A model generated the notes under the pieces. It ran no database searches. It was given only the letters and a program-made list of their open reading frames with translations, and was not told where the DNA came from. A stretch of 64,000 nucleotides of DNA from an uncultured delta proteobacterium (GTDB lineage: Bacteria; Desulfobacterota; Desulfobacteria; Desulfobacterales; JAFDCJ01), in assembly GCA_963769935.1 (NCBI GenBank), contig CAVYNY010000011.1, positions 128,001 through 192,000 on the forward strand, written 5' to 3'. Of the stretch, positions 10,515-22,016 are shown piece after piece (the stretch's first letter is position 1; each line of letters begins with the position of its first letter). Both the position numbers and the translations under genes were made by a program.

Positions 10515-13130
10515 ATGCAAAACGATTCCGATATCAGCAGCTTATCTACGTTCAGCCACCGGTTGTTCGCAGATCAGGTACATAAACAATACGAAAATAC
10601 CGTTTTAGGGTCTGCGGCGACACTCATCAACGGCACAATCTTGGTTTTCATCCTCAGAGCCCATGTTCAACACAAGACCCTGCTTATTTGGCTTGCCGGT
10701 GCGGTTATTGTGAGTGCCTCCCGCCTGGTGGTGCACCGGTCCTACCGCAAGTCCCTCACCCAATATTCAAATCCGGAGAAATGGAACGTCTGGTTCAGCG
10801 GGACCCTTTTTCTAGCCGGGATTCTATGGGGGTCGGCCGCCGTTTTTCTTTTTCCATCCGATTCAATCGGCCATCAGGCTTTTATCGCATTCGTTACAGG
10901 TGGAATGGTGGCCGGAGCCGTTGGCGCATTTACCGCAGTAATTGCGGCATTTTTCATTTTCAGTATTCCGGCCCTGCTCCCGATATGTGTCCGGTTTTTG
11001 CTGCTCGGCAGCGGAATGCATCTCGCCATGGGCGCCATGGTATTTCTTTTTCTGCTGATCATCAGCCTGACGGCCCTCCGGATGCATAAAGATATCATTC
11101 ACCTGCTGTCGTTAAAGTACGAAAAAAGCGCGCTTGTCGTCGGCTTGCAGCTGGAAGTCGACCAGCGGAAGAAGGCCGAGGAAAGCCTGCGCCGGCAAAA
11201 AGAACAAGTCGAAGAGATCGTGGCGCAGCGCACTGTTCAATTGAGAAATGCGAACCTGCGGCTCCAGGCTATCCTCGGCTATGCGCCCCTCTTAATCTGG
11301 GCCATTGATCAGGAAGGCATTTTGACGTTTTCCGAAGGGAAGGGGTTGGAAAGGATAGGTTTTGCGCCCGGAAAGTCGGTGGGAAAATCTGTATTCGAAT
11401 TATTTGCCGAAAACGGGCCGATCATCGATATTACGCGCCGTGTGCTGGCCGGTGAGTTTATTTCCGATACAATCCAATTCAGGGATGTTTTTTTCGAAGT
11501 CCGCTATCAACCCATGACGGGCGCCGGCGATCATTTGGTCGGCGCCATCGGCGTCGCCATTGATGTGACCGAACAAACAGCGGCCAGGGAGGCCTTGCGC
11601 AAAAGCGAGGAAAAATATCGAGAGCTGGTGGAAAACATCAATGATGTTCTTTATGCTATCGACAGGAAGGGATTGATTACGTATATCAGCCCGGTGATTG
11701 AATCGGTGCTGGGATATCGAGCCGATGAGTTGATTGGAAAACGTTTTTTCGATTATATCTACAGCCAGGACCAGCCTCGCCTGAAGAGTGACTTTGCCAG
11801 GGCGATAGATGTATCAGGCAGTCCGAGCGAATACCGATTTTTAGACAAAAGCGGTGAAACAAAGTGGTGTCGTGTAAGCTCCCGCCCCATATCGGAAGGC
11901 CGCGAAAAAATCGGAATTCAAGGCGTGTTGGTCGATATCTCCCGGTCCAAGCGTTTAGAGGAGCAATTGCAGCGCGCCCAGAAAATGGAGGCACTGGGAA
12001 CCCTGGCCGGCGGTGTGGCCCATGACCTGAATAACATTTTAAGCGGACTCGTCAGCTACCCGGAATTGCTTTTGATGGATTTGCCTCCGGACAGCGCCCT
12101 ACGGCGACCGCTGACCACCATCAAAAAATCAGGTGAAAACGCTGCAGCCATCGTTCAGGATCTGTTGACGCTCGCCCGCAGAGGGATTGCCGCCAGTGAA
12201 TTGATAAACCTGAATCAAATTGTTAAGGAATGCCTCGATTCCCCGGAAATCCAGTCTTTAATGCGCCTCTATCCAAATATTAACATTGCGACCGGTCTCC
12301 AACCTGATTTGTTTAACATCTATGGTTCCTCTATTCATATTTTTAAATCCTTATCCAATTTAATCTCCAATGCGGCTGAAGCCATGCCGAAAGGCGGCCG
12401 CATCGAGATTGCCACAACCAATCGCTATGCCGACAGAGTTGTTTCCGGGTTTGATACCGTAAAGGAAGGCGAGTACGCCGTCCTATCCGTTGCCGATTCA
12501 GGGATCGGGATTGCGGAGAGCGACAAGGTCAGAATTTTTGAGCCCTTTTATAGCAAGAAGGTCATCGGCCGGAGCGGATCGGGGCTCGGCATGGCTGTGG
12601 TTTGGGGGACGGTCAAAGATCACAACGGCTATATTGATCTTCGAAGCCGGGAGGGGCAGGGTACGCGGTTTGAATTGTTTTTCCCTGCCACGCGGGATCA
12701 ATTGCAAAAGAGTCAGGATTCCAAAGAACCACCGGATGTCACCGGCAACGGCGAATTCATTCTGGTCGTCGACGATATGCCGGCCCAGCGTGAGATCGCA
12801 ACAAGCATGCTCGAGCGATTGGGCTATCGCTCCCAAGCAGTGGCCAGCGGGGAGGAAGCGGTTGAATTTGTTCGGCAGCACACCGTCGACCTCGTAATTT
12901 TGGATATGATCATGGAGCCGGGAATTGACGGGTATGAAACCTACCGGCAAATCAGGAGCATCCGCCCGGCGCAAAAGGCTGTCATTGCCAGCGGTTATTC
13001 GGAAACCGAACGGGTGCGCAAAACTCAAGATGCAGGCGCCGGCAGATATATCAAGAAGCCATACACGCTTGCGGCGATCGGCAGTGTCATTAAAGAAGAA
13101 CTGCAAAGAAAAGAAAAGGGTGGGCTGTGA
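10515..13130 (+). CDS. Hybrid sensor histidine kinase (TM-PAS-PAS-HisKA-HATPase-REC)
   Basis: N-terminal TM helices; LAGGVAHDLNNIL; DSGIG; GSGLG; receiver ILVVDD...ILDMIM...KP. Confidence 0.93.
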   Translation: MQNDSDISSLSTFSHRLFADQVHKQYENTVLGSAATLINGTILVFILRAHVQHKTLLIWLAGAVIVSASRLVVHRSYRKSLTQYSNPEKWNVWFSGTLFLAGILWGSAAVFLFPSDSIGHQAFIAFVTGGMVAGAVGAFTAVIAAFFIFSIPALLPICVRFLLLGSGMHLAMGAMVFLFLLIISLTALRMHKDIIHLLSLKYEKSALVVGLQLEVDQRKKAEESLRRQKEQVEEIVAQRTVQLRNANLRLQAILGYAPLLIWAIDQEGILTFSEGKGLERIGFAPGKSVGKSVFELFAENGPIIDITRRVLAGEFISDTIQFRDVFFEVRYQPMTGAGDHLVGAIGVAIDVTEQTAAREALRKSEEKYRELVENINDVLYAIDRKGLITYISPVIESVLGYRADELIGKRFFDYIYSQDQPRLKSDFARAIDVSGSPSEYRFLDKSGETKWCRVSSRPISEGREKIGIQGVLVDISRSKRLEEQLQRAQKMEALGTLAGGVAHDLNNILSGLVSYPELLLMDLPPDSALRRPLTTIKKSGENAAAIVQDLLTLARRGIAASELINLNQIVKECLDSPEIQSLMRLYPNINIATGLQPDLFNIYGSSIHIFKSLSNLISNAAEAMPKGGRIEIATTNRYADRVVSGFDTVKEGEYAVLSVADSGIGIAESDKVRIFEPFYSKKVIGRSGSGLGMAVVWGTVKDHNGYIDLRSREGQGTRFELFFPATRDQLQKSQDSKEPPDVTGNGEFILVVDDMPAQREIATSMLERLGYRSQAVASGEEAVEFVRQHTVDLVILDMIMEPGIDGYETYRQIRSIRPAQKAVIASGYSETERVRKTQDAGAGRYIKKPYTLAAIGSVIKEELQRKEKGGL

Positions 13131-13282
13131 TTCGATCGGTGTCTAGCCACGCCTAAAGCTCTTCTTTCTCAAGTCTAAGCTGTAGCAGTTCAGCGAAGTT
13201 TCCGTCAACCGTGCTGAAAAGTGGATCAGTCCATCGCGTATCCTGGTGGCTGTAGCATAAGAATACAGCAGGCTTTTTCATG

Positions 13283-14101
13283 TTAAATCCTTTTGGTTTT
13301 ACCATTTCCCGGACAGTTATTCCGGGACATGCGTTCGGAAGGATCCTGACGGTAGAATTCCTTCAAAACCCGGTAAAGGTCCGGTGCCTGCTGAATCATT
13401 AACCGCGGTCGATCGAAGAATTGCTCTGTGGCGACGGCGAAAAATTCCGCTTCGCTGGTCGCGCCGTAGGCATTGAGGAAAGATTCCTGGCCCTTATTGA
13501 TGTCGTTTTTGAGACGCAGATATTCACGCGAACATGTCAGGACCCAGTCGCGGTACTCAGCCCGGTCGTGCAGGGGAGGTGTGCCGTCGGCCGCGCCGTC
13601 GAGCATGTCCAGTTTATGGGCAAATTCGTGGTAAATTACGTTGTGACCGGACTCAGGATGGCGGCCGCCGCGCAGGGCGGCATCCCAGATAATAATTACC
13701 GGCCCCTGCCGGAAGGCCTGTCCGATGATGGGAGCCTCGACCTTTAAGGGTGACAATGAATTTTCAAAGAAACCGGGATTGCGTTGCGGCGGGACAACCG
13801 TCGAGGGATAGACGATGATGGACTCGACATTCCGGTAGAAGTTGTGCGGCAGGCCCAGAACCAGCAGACAGGCCTGAGCGGAGATTGTGACGCGAATCTC
13901 GTCGGTTAGTTCCAGTCCGCCGGCTCCTTCCCAATTTTTTTCGGCGATAAATACCTGGATCAAGGCCTGCAGGTGGGCCCGCTCGGCATCTTCCAGCATG
14001 CAGTAGTGGGCCACATTGCGGCGGATAATGTCCTCCCATAAGGGAGGGAAAGGCGCCTGGATGAGCTTTTTTCGGCGACGATCGATAAACCAATGGAACA
14101 T
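13283..14101 (-). CDS. mtfA: Zinc peptidase, MtfA/M90 family
   Basis: ISAQACL, IIVYP, HEFAHKLD, YGATSEAEFFAVATEQFF. Confidence 0.88.
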   Translation of the reverse strand: MFHWFIDRRRKKLIQAPFPPLWEDIIRRNVAHYCMLEDAERAHLQALIQVFIAEKNWEGAGGLELTDEIRVTISAQACLLVLGLPHNFYRNVESIIVYPSTVVPPQRNPGFFENSLSPLKVEAPIIGQAFRQGPVIIIWDAALRGGRHPESGHNVIYHEFAHKLDMLDGAADGTPPLHDRAEYRDWVLTCSREYLRLKNDINKGQESFLNAYGATSEAEFFAVATEQFFDRPRLMIQQAPDLYRVLKEFYRQDPSERMSRNNCPGNGKTKRI

Positions 14102-14110
14102 TGGAATTTC

Positions 14111-14327
14111 CTATCGATGATGGATGGCAAAACCGGAGACAACAACGTCGAACGGCAGGTACGATGCGACAACATCCGTCCACTGCGGCGTCGAGAAATC
14201 TGCCTGGAAGACGCGAGTCTGCAGCACATCGCCTAAGTTTTTCCGCGCTGCCTCGAGACTCGGCGAAACCTTGAATGGCAAAGCCGGCAGCGGCAAGGCT
14301 TTCAAGGAACTCGGCTGTTGAGAACAT
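14111..14327 (-). pseudogene. Class I SAM methyltransferase fragment
   Basis: ARKNL...ADFS...FDVVVSGFAIHH then a stop; motif I is absent. Confidence 0.55.
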
Positions 14328-14384
14328 CTCGTTTTAAGGATGGTCAAGCAGTCCCTTCCATATCGATCTTATTGAGTTTCATGT

Positions 14385-15404
14385 TTATCCAATATTCACG
14401 TTTGAGGCTGATGGGCCAGAGGTAAGCTTCGGTGCCAGGTAGCCCGCCTGGCTGAACCCCATAAGCGCCACCAGGGGCCAGGGCACGTCCCAAATCACTC
14501 CGTCGAGGATGCTCTTCGAGACAAAGATCACAAGCAGCAGCAGCGTCCAGAACAGCATCTGCGCTTTCGCCAGGGACAATTCCGGCGGCTGCCCCGGGGT
14601 GAAGGTGCGGATGAGGTCGGCGAAATCCGGAGAAAATTGAGTCGCGGCGCCGCTCGTCGTCGCCGCCTGCTGTTTCTTAGCGTCCTGGAAATAGCTGACT
14701 CCGCCGGTGACGAGCGAGGCACCCATAAGGGCCAGCAGCGAAGTGGGGATATCCGGCACTTCGAATTTCAGCATCCCGTAGCCGAGGACAACGCCGCCGA
14801 TAAACACTGTCCAGCAGGCGACCTGCGTCTGTGAAAGGGAGAGATGTCCGTCCACGCCGGTCAGAAGCTGAAGCGGGTTTCCCTTTTTTCGCCAGGAGAG
14901 CAAGACGATCAGGAGCACTGCAATCCCCACGAAGGCGAAGGTCCACCCGATGACGGCGACGATGTTGCCCAGATTGACATCGCTGGGCGAGATGACGAGG
15001 TGTTCCGAGCCGTCCTCAATCCAGCTGACAACGGGCATTACGCGCAGCATTGCCTTGTAGTCGAAATCCAGGCCGCTGAGGTCAAAAAGCAAAAGCGTCC
15101 CCTTGCGGCGAATGTCTTGACCGCCCACCTGCTCGACCCATTCCTGTCCGGGGGCCACGGTGCTGGGTTTAAGGGGCAGGCTCTCGTCCACCGCCTTCTT
15201 CGTCACGGCGTGACTGCGGAGCAGCCGAAGTGTTGGCTTCTGATCGACGGAAATATCGTGGGTGACGTAGACCCGAATGGTATGAGACTTGAGTTGCCCA
15301 TCGGGCATAAAGAGCTGGGGAGTCTCTCCGCCACTTGCCGCAAAGGTTGCCGGCAGGGGCGAGGCCAGCCATACCAGAAGGAACCATAACGCGCGATTCG
15401 TCAT
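14385..15404 (-). CDS. Signal-peptide membrane protein with a duplicated TM-hairpin motif
   Basis: AAGGAG SD; repeats LSLSQTQVACWT...PDIPTSLLALMGAS and LSLAKAQMLFWT...WDVPWPLVALMGFS. Confidence 0.75.
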   Translation of the reverse strand: MTNRALWFLLVWLASPLPATFAASGGETPQLFMPDGQLKSHTIRVYVTHDISVDQKPTLRLLRSHAVTKKAVDESLPLKPSTVAPGQEWVEQVGGQDIRRKGTLLLFDLSGLDFDYKAMLRVMPVVSWIEDGSEHLVISPSDVNLGNIVAVIGWTFAFVGIAVLLIVLLSWRKKGNPLQLLTGVDGHLSLSQTQVACWTVFIGGVVLGYGMLKFEVPDIPTSLLALMGASLVTGGVSYFQDAKKQQAATTSGAATQFSPDFADLIRTFTPGQPPELSLAKAQMLFWTLLLLVIFVSKSILDGVIWDVPWPLVALMGFSQAGYLAPKLTSGPSASNVNIG

Positions 15405-15444
15405 AAATGCTCCTTTTATGCTTGGCGGGGAGGCTTTCACAAGC

Positions 15445-15488
15445 AAAGAATCCTGGCCCGGAGAACCAAGTTTTCAATGTTGGAATAA
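15445..15488. repeat. Repeat family A, minimal copy (two ends joined)
   Basis: AAAGAATCCTGGCCCGG + ACCAAGTTTTCAATGTTGGAATAA; matches both termini of 9847-10238. Confidence 0.65.
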
Positions 15489-15994
15489 AGACGCCTGCGC
15501 TTTTCCTTGCCAATTGTTCTTTTAGAATATTCGACGCGATCGTGTCCTGATTTCATATTAAAATAAGTTTAGCGATGATTTTTGGCAAGAACAATATGTG
15601 ATTTTGATCCAAAAAGTCTTCAAAGCTCTGAACTTGGGCAACAGCCCGTCAAGATTTGATCGCGACCGATCCAGGCTGTTTTTTTATTGACAAACAAGCA
15701 GTGCTTTGCCATACACTGATCCCTTGAAAGAAAGTTCTTGCCTTTTTCCCTCGGTAATGCCGCAGTGTCCTGGTGGCCGGTCTTTTAATGCCGAAACTGG
15801 CGGCTGCGTGGCGCATCTATCATGTCAACATTTTTCGCCTGGATTCGCCGTAATGCTGAGAGTCCCGACCTTCGAAGGCGACATCCTGACCATCGAGCCG
15901 CCTGCCGCCGGCAATCTCCAGCCGCCCCGACCGTTGAAACGAGTCAAATGATCCCCGAGATCAACCCACCAAACAGGAAAAGGAGGATTCGGTT

Positions 15995-17659
15995 ATGAAG
16001 CCTATTGTCAAAGGTTTTCCGGCAACAACCCAAGACGAATACCAACTCAATGTGACCACCATCCTCAGGCAGGCCGCCGGCAGCTTCGGCAGCCAGGAGA
16101 TCGTCAGCCGACGGCACGACGGCAGCATGCTGCGCTATACATACAAAGAGGCTTACGGCCGCATTCAAAGATTGGCCAGTGCCCTGGAGGGCCTGGGGAT
16201 CAAGGCGGGAGACCGCATTGGGGTGCTGGCTTGGAACACTTCTGAAAACTACGAAATTTACTTCGGCGTTCCCGGCATGGGCGCCGTCATGCTGCTGCTG
16301 AACTTGCGACTGGCGCCGCAGGATCTGAGTTACGTCATCAATCACAGCGGAGCCTCGCTGATCATTGTGGATGAAACCCTGCTGCGCCTGGTGGAGGCCG
16401 TCGCGCCCGGCTGTCCCGAAGTAAAAGGCTATGTCATCCTGACCCCTAAGAAGATCAGCGAAGTCCAGACGAAACTTTCACCGGTTTACTCTTATGAAGA
16501 GCTTGTCAACCAGGCGACCCCCGTTTACGACTGGCCGAACCTGGACGAGCGTTCAGCTTATGCGGCCTGCTATACCACCGGGACCACGGGCATGCCCAAA
16601 GGGGTCTACTACTCCCATCGCGATGTGTACCTGCACAGCAGTGCCATCGCCTTGGCTACAGAAATGTCCTTGCGGGACTGCTGCCTGCAAATCGTGCCGA
16701 TGTTTCATGCACTGGGCTGGGGTTTGTGTCAGGCCGCAACCATGGCGGGCTGCCGCATCATCATGTCGGGCATGTACACCCTCGAAACCCTGAATGTCCT
16801 GGCGGAGCTGTTCGTCAAGGAAAAGGTTACGGTAAGCGCCGGGGCTCCGGCGATTTTCGGACCTTTCCTGGAATATATCCGCACCCTGGAACAAAAACCG
16901 GACCTCGCCGGTGTACGCCTGCTCTCCGGCGCCACCGAACCGCCCGTTTCGCTCATGCAAGGCTTTTATGACCTCACCGGGGCCGAAATCATTCACGCCT
17001 ATGGTGCGACGGAGACGACACCGCTGGTAACCATCAACCGCATCAAACCCTGGCTGGAAGATACGCTGAGTCCGGAGGAAAAGTGGGACCTCAAGCGCAA
17101 GCAGGGCTACTGTGTCGTGGGGCTGGACGTCAAGGTAGTTGATCTGGAGGGCAACGAAGTGCCTTCCGACGGCCGGACGGTCGGCGAGATTCTCATCCGC
17201 GGCCCCTGGATCACCGGCCGATACCATGACGCGCCGGGCACCGAGGGCCAGTTTACCGAAGACGGCTTCTGGCGCAGCGGCGATGCCGGCACGATCGACG
17301 GCGAGGGCTACCTCAAGCTCACCGACCGCGTCAAGGATGTGATTAAGAGCGGCGGCGAGTGGATTTCGTCCGTGGACCTGGAAAACGCAATCGTCTCCCA
17401 TCCCGCGGTCCTGGAGGCGGCCGTCGTCGGTGTGGCGCACCCCAAATGGCAGGAACGCCCGCTGGCGATGGTGGTCCTGCGAGAGCAATTCAAGGGCCGG
17501 GTATCCGCCGATGACATCCGCGCTCATATTGCCAAGCGCTTCGCCAAGTGGCAGCTGCCGGACGAGGTCCTCTTCCTGGATTCCATACCGAAGACCAGCG
17601 TCGGGAAAATCAACAAAAAAGTCATCCGGCAGGAATACAAGGACATCTACACCGATTGA
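15995..17659 (+). CDS. Medium/long-chain acyl-CoA ligase (AlkK/DmdB-like)
   Basis: [56 protein letters not shown]. Confidence 0.92.
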   Translation: MKPIVKGFPATTQDEYQLNVTTILRQAAGSFGSQEIVSRRHDGSMLRYTYKEAYGRIQRLASALEGLGIKAGDRIGVLAWNTSENYEIYFGVPGMGAVMLLLNLRLAPQDLSYVINHSGASLIIVDETLLRLVEAVAPGCPEVKGYVILTPKKISEVQTKLSPVYSYEELVNQATPVYDWPNLDERSAYAACYTTGTTGMPKGVYYSHRDVYLHSSAIALATEMSLRDCCLQIVPMFHALGWGLCQAATMAGCRIIMSGMYTLETLNVLAELFVKEKVTVSAGAPAIFGPFLEYIRTLEQKPDLAGVRLLSGATEPPVSLMQGFYDLTGAEIIHAYGATETTPLVTINRIKPWLEDTLSPEEKWDLKRKQGYCVVGLDVKVVDLEGNEVPSDGRTVGEILIRGPWITGRYHDAPGTEGQFTEDGFWRSGDAGTIDGEGYLKLTDRVKDVIKSGGEWISSVDLENAIVSHPAVLEAAVVGVAHPKWQERPLAMVVLREQFKGRVSADDIRAHIAKRFAKWQLPDEVLFLDSIPKTSVGKINKKVIRQEYKDIYTD

Positions 17660-17741
17660 TCGAGTGCCGCCGAAAAAGCGATGATAGGCGGGAGTATTGG
17701 ATCACCCCATGGCGGCACTGCCCCGGTATTCCCGGCACTAA

Positions 17742-17873
17742 GGGCTCACTCAAAAATAACTTCACATTTTATACGTCGCCGCATCGCGCCCGAGCTGCGT
17801 TGCGAAAGCTCGGAATGTCCAGATATTCCTGCGTTTTCGCGCCTTACCGGACGGGCGCCGCAACGCCTATAAT
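17742..17873. mobile_element. MITE family B, truncated copy
   Basis: Reverse complement of 28782-28938 and 54495-54650; one TIR is present after TAA, the other is lost. Confidence 0.75.
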
Positions 17874-17913
17874 AATCCAAACCCAACCCCTAACGCCGCA
17901 AAAATCATTTATC

Positions 17914-17979
17914 GTAGGGTGGGCATTGCCCACCAAATATCGCTGCGTCGACCGTTAACGGCGGGCAATGCCCACCCTC
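17914..17979. repeat. GTAG-type REP doublet (REPIN-like)
   Basis: GTAGGGTGGGCATTGCCCACC ... GGCGGGCAATGCCCACCCT as an inverted pair. Confidence 0.8.
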
Positions 17980-18144
17980 CCGAGGTAGCGTTGGATTCAA
18001 TAGACAGTGAGCTGCAGATACAAAAGTGCAATTGAGTTTCCTGTCATTACACATGCGGTTTTATGAGCTGGAATCGGAACCTTACAGCCGCATTCATCCC
18101 ATATCCGGCCGAATTGACAAACATGAAAGCACTTTCAATCATTC

Positions 18145-18173
18145 TTGACGTCCAAGGAAAAAGACCGTACAGT
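18145..18173 (+). promoter_or_regulatory. Putative sigma70 promoter
   Basis: TTGACG-17 bp-TACAGT, 50 bp before the GTG start. Confidence 0.55.
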
Positions 18174-18222
18174 AAGCGGTAGCCGGTTGAATTGGATTAA
18201 TCGGAACAAAAGGTGAGGATAG

Positions 18223-19374
18223 GTGCAAATAACCGTATTGGGTGCCGGTCTGGTGGGGAATGCCATTGTAAGGGATCTGGCCCTGGACAAACGTTTTGAT
18301 ATCATTGCTGTGGACCGGGATCAACACGCCTTAAACCGCCTGCAGCAAAAATGTTCGGCCCAAATTCTGCAGACGGATCTTGCTGAAGCAGGCCGGGTCG
18401 GGGAAATAGTGATCGAAAGCGACCTGGTAATTAATGCGGTGCCTGGATTCATGGGCTTTGAAACTTTGAAGCAGGTCATCGCCGCCGGGAAAAATGTCGT
18501 CGACATTTCATTTTTCGCCCAGGACGCTTTTCAGCTGGATGACCTGGCAAAGTCCAAAGGTGTCACGGTGGTGGTGGATTGCGGAGTGGCGCCGGGATTA
18601 TGCAATGTACTCTGCGGGCATGTCGACAACCGATTGGACCGCTTAGAGCATTACACCTGTTATGTCGGTGGATTGCCGGTCACTCGCAACTGGCCGTTCG
18701 AATATAAATCGGTTTTTTCGCCATCGGATGTAATCGAAGAATACACCCGTCCGTGCCGGTATCTTGAATACGGATGCGAGGTGGTCCGGCCGGCGCTTTC
18801 GGATGCGGAGCTGATCGATTTTCCGGAAATCGGTACGCTGGAAGCGTTCAATACCGACGGTTTGCGAACCCTTCGCCAAACAATGAAGATTCCGAATATG
18901 AAGGAAAAAACGTTGCGCTACCCCGGCCACGCCAGTCTTATGCGGGCCTTCAGAGATAGCGGATTTTTCAGCCCGACCCCCATGCAGGTCGACGGGCGGT
19001 CCGTCCGTCCGCTTTCGGTTATATCGGCCCTTTTGTTTGCACAGTGGGAACTTCAGCCGGGAGATGAAGATTTCACGTTGCTGAAAGTTGTGGTCGACGG
19101 CTGGGAAAAAGAAAGCAAACGCCGCTATACTTATGATCTACTGGACAGATATGACCGCAAAACACAAACTACTTCCATGGCCCGGACAACCGGATATACT
19201 TGCAGCATCGTGGCCCGTCAGGTCCTTTCCGGAAAATTCACCCTGAAGGGGATTTGCCCGCCCGAGCTTATTGGACGTCAAGACGCATGCTTTGATGATT
19301 TGCTCGCAGGATACACCAAAAGGAACATCCGGCTGGTCGAAACCATAGATTCCCCTTCATTCACCGACAGTTAA
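18223..19374 (+). CDS. Saccharopine dehydrogenase / lysine 6-dehydrogenase-like
   Basis: LGAGLVG, DCGVAPG, VGGLP, EAFNTDGL, EKTLRYPGH, SMARTTG. Confidence 0.88.
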   Translation: MQITVLGAGLVGNAIVRDLALDKRFDIIAVDRDQHALNRLQQKCSAQILQTDLAEAGRVGEIVIESDLVINAVPGFMGFETLKQVIAAGKNVVDISFFAQDAFQLDDLAKSKGVTVVVDCGVAPGLCNVLCGHVDNRLDRLEHYTCYVGGLPVTRNWPFEYKSVFSPSDVIEEYTRPCRYLEYGCEVVRPALSDAELIDFPEIGTLEAFNTDGLRTLRQTMKIPNMKEKTLRYPGHASLMRAFRDSGFFSPTPMQVDGRSVRPLSVISALLFAQWELQPGDEDFTLLKVVVDGWEKESKRRYTYDLLDRYDRKTQTTSMARTTGYTCSIVARQVLSGKFTLKGICPPELIGRQDACFDDLLAGYTKRNIRLVETIDSPSFTDS

Positions 19375-19980
19375 TTTTATACCAAAGCCTATAAAAACAA
19401 TGCCTGCAAATCGTTCAATCCAAATCCGTGCGCTTCGATATATGCTCCGGAATTTGTCCAGAGAGAAAATATAGGCGACAAAAGCATACCAGATAGTCGA
19501 TATTAAAGACATCAGGGCCGCACTCATAAAGCCGATATAAAAAGCTGGATCTGAGGGCATCGTGGCCGCAAACAGACTGGCCACAAAAGCAGCAGATTTA
19601 GGGTTTGAGAGGTTCGTCAAAAGCCCTAATTTATAACTTCGCAATGCGTTAGAATTTGAGGTAAGGAACCGCCTTTCCCCGGACCTTTGTCCTGATTTCG
19701 ATTTAATAAGTCTTGCGCCGAGATAAATAAGATAGGCGCCGCCAAGCAGCTTCAGGAAAATATAGATCCACGGTACGGTTCGAAACAACAAATTTATTCC
19801 CCAAAAACCGCACAACCCCCAAATGATCGTACCCGTACTGATTCCAAGCACCACAAATAGGGCAGAACGGCGGGACCCGCCAATCGCGGTCTGTACGGTT
19901 ATAAAAAAGTTCGGACCCGGCGTTATGACGGCAATACCCCAAATGAATGCAACGCTTAATAAAATGATTGATAATTCCAC
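19357..19980 (-). CDS. LysE/RhtB family exporter
   Basis: ITPGPN, GGAYLIYLG, TNLSNPK. Confidence 0.9.
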   Translation of the reverse strand: MELSIILLSVAFIWGIAVITPGPNFFITVQTAIGGSRRSALFVVLGISTGTIIWGLCGFWGINLLFRTVPWIYIFLKLLGGAYLIYLGARLIKSKSGQRSGERRFLTSNSNALRSYKLGLLTNLSNPKSAAFVASLFAATMPSDPAFYIGFMSAALMSLISTIWYAFVAYIFSLDKFRSIYRSARIWIERFAGIVFIGFGIKLTVGE

Positions 19981-20269
19981 TGTTCATTCCCATGATTCGT
20001 GGTTATTCGTGTCCATTCGTGGCTAATTCATATTTGGAAAAGACTAAAATCATATGTTAGTTTAAGTTTGATGGATATTGCCGCGCGGTTGCCCCCCAAG
20101 CAACTCATTTCAAACAAATTGCCGATTTACTCATTCTTAATTTATCCGGTTCTCCTAATACCGTCAAACAGCATATCCCGAGCCTATTTTTCGGCTCCAG
20201 ACGCCCTTCTTGCGGCCCATTTGGGCGTCCAAAATGTTGCCTGTTATTCACTATGCAAGCTTTGAACCC

Positions 20270-20401
20270 CTTTTCTTTGATGATAATGACGCCCTTCTCA
20301 TACACCAGGGGCCGCCGGGGTCTGCTCTGCGAATTCTTATCGACCCTGATCCCGGGCATCGGGGCCTCGTTGACCCCTTCCGCCGTTGCCAGGCGGTCCA
20401 T
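20270..20401 (-). pseudogene. AraC-family regulator N-terminal fragment, divergent from the AKR
   Basis: MDRLATAEGVNEAPMPGIRV...PRRPLVYEKGVIII resembles AraC N-domains, then runs into unrelated sequence. Confidence 0.5.
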
Positions 20402-20489
20402 CTGTGTTTATTGTTGCATATAGCGCATGTGTCAAAGATAAGATGCGTCTGTTGTTTTTCAATCCATGAAACAAAGGAGGACTTCTACG

Positions 20490-21518
20490 ATGCAGTACAA
20501 ACAACTCGGCAGAACGGGATTGTTCGTCTCGGAATTGTGTTTCGGAACCATGACATTCGGCGGAAAAGGCTTCTGGCGGGCGATCGGTCAGCTGCCCCAG
20601 GACGCTGCGGACAATCTGATCGCCCGTGTGCTGGAGGCGGGCATCACCTTTATTGATACGGCCAATATCTACTCCGAAGGGGAGTCTGAAACGATTCTGG
20701 GGAAGGCTCTGGGAAATCGCCGCAAGGATGTGGTGCTGGCAACGAAAGTGTTCGGCCGCATGGGGCCGGGGCCCAATGAACTCGGCCTGTCCCGCGGTCA
20801 TATCATGCGGGCGGTTGAAGACAGCCTGACCCGTCTTGGAACGGACTACATCGACCTGTATCAGATTCACGGGTTCGACCCGCTCACCCCCATGGAGGAA
20901 ACTTTGCGGACCCTGGACGACCTGGTGCACTCCGGCAAGGTGCGCTACATCGGATGTTCCAACCTGGCTGCCTGGCAATTAATGAAATCGCTCTGGGTGT
21001 CGGATAAATACAACCTGCACCGCTTTGAAAGCCTGCAAGCTTACTACACCATTGCCGCCCGGGATCTTGAGCGGGACGTCGTGCCGGTTCTGCAGGACCA
21101 GAACCTGGGCCTGATGGTCTGGAGCCCCCTGGCGGGCGGGCTTTTATCCGGCAAATACGACCGCGACGGCAAAGGGCCGGGAGGCGCCCGCCGCGTTGAA
21201 TTCGACTTTCCGCCGGTTGACAAGGACCATGCCTTCAACATTGTGGACGTGATGCGGGAAATCGCCGCTGACAGGAATGCCTCCGTGGCGCAGATCGCCT
21301 TGAGCTGGCTGCTGCACCAGCCGGTGGTCACCAGCGTGATCATCGGAGTTAAAACCCCGGAGCAACTGGCCGACAACCTCGCGGCACCGGCTGTGAACCT
21401 GTCCGCCGATGATCTGGCGCGTTTGAATGCGGTCAGCGCACTACCCGCCGAGTATCCCGGCTGGATGCTCCACCGGCAATCCACGAACCGCTTGCCGCAG
21501 ACAGCGCAAGACGCCTGA
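20490..21518 (+). CDS. Aldo/keto reductase
   Basis: LGRTGLFVSELCFGTM, DTANIY, DYIDLYQIH, GKVRYIGCSN, WSPLAGG; GGAGG SD before 20490. Confidence 0.93.
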   Translation: MQYKQLGRTGLFVSELCFGTMTFGGKGFWRAIGQLPQDAADNLIARVLEAGITFIDTANIYSEGESETILGKALGNRRKDVVLATKVFGRMGPGPNELGLSRGHIMRAVEDSLTRLGTDYIDLYQIHGFDPLTPMEETLRTLDDLVHSGKVRYIGCSNLAAWQLMKSLWVSDKYNLHRFESLQAYYTIAARDLERDVVPVLQDQNLGLMVWSPLAGGLLSGKYDRDGKGPGGARRVEFDFPPVDKDHAFNIVDVMREIAADRNASVAQIALSWLLHQPVVTSVIIGVKTPEQLADNLAAPAVNLSADDLARLNAVSALPAEYPGWMLHRQSTNRLPQTAQDA

Positions 21519-21569
21519 GCACCTGCAACGGTTCTCATTGCCAATTTTCAATTTTAAAATCCGAATGCT

Positions 21570-21850
21570 TTAAATGGAATCCAGCAGCCGCCGGCCCCCG
21601 CAGAAGACATCCGACCCGGGGCCATCCGCCAGGGTCGCCAGGGTGATGTCGAGTTGCGCTGCAAGCTGCACTGCCAGGGCCGTGGGGCGCGATAAGACCA
21701 GAATGACCGGAGTGCGGGCCCGGGCTGCTTTTTGAACAAGCTCATAGCTGATGCGCGCTGACAGGGTCAGCAGGGCGGCCTTAGCGAGTGTTTGGGCAAG
21801 CAATGCTTTGCCGATGGCTTTATCGAGCGCGTTGTGCCGTCCGACATCCT
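21570..21850 (-). pseudogene. fdhD: FdhD sulfurtransferase C-terminal fragment
   Basis: DVGRHNALDKAIG...SARISYELVQKA...SRPTALAV; N-terminal part missing. Confidence 0.8.
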
Positions 21851-22016
21851 ATTTGACTATCTTAATGTAGGGGACCCGCTTTCTGACCTCTTCAAGTTTG
21901 GATTTTAATTCAGCCTGGTCAATATTTTCTTCTGCGCCCCTGCCGAGCGGACCTAATTTTCTGACTCCCTTTGAAAAATCATTCCGGAACTATTGAGCAG
22001 GCGCGGGGGGTGCAAA

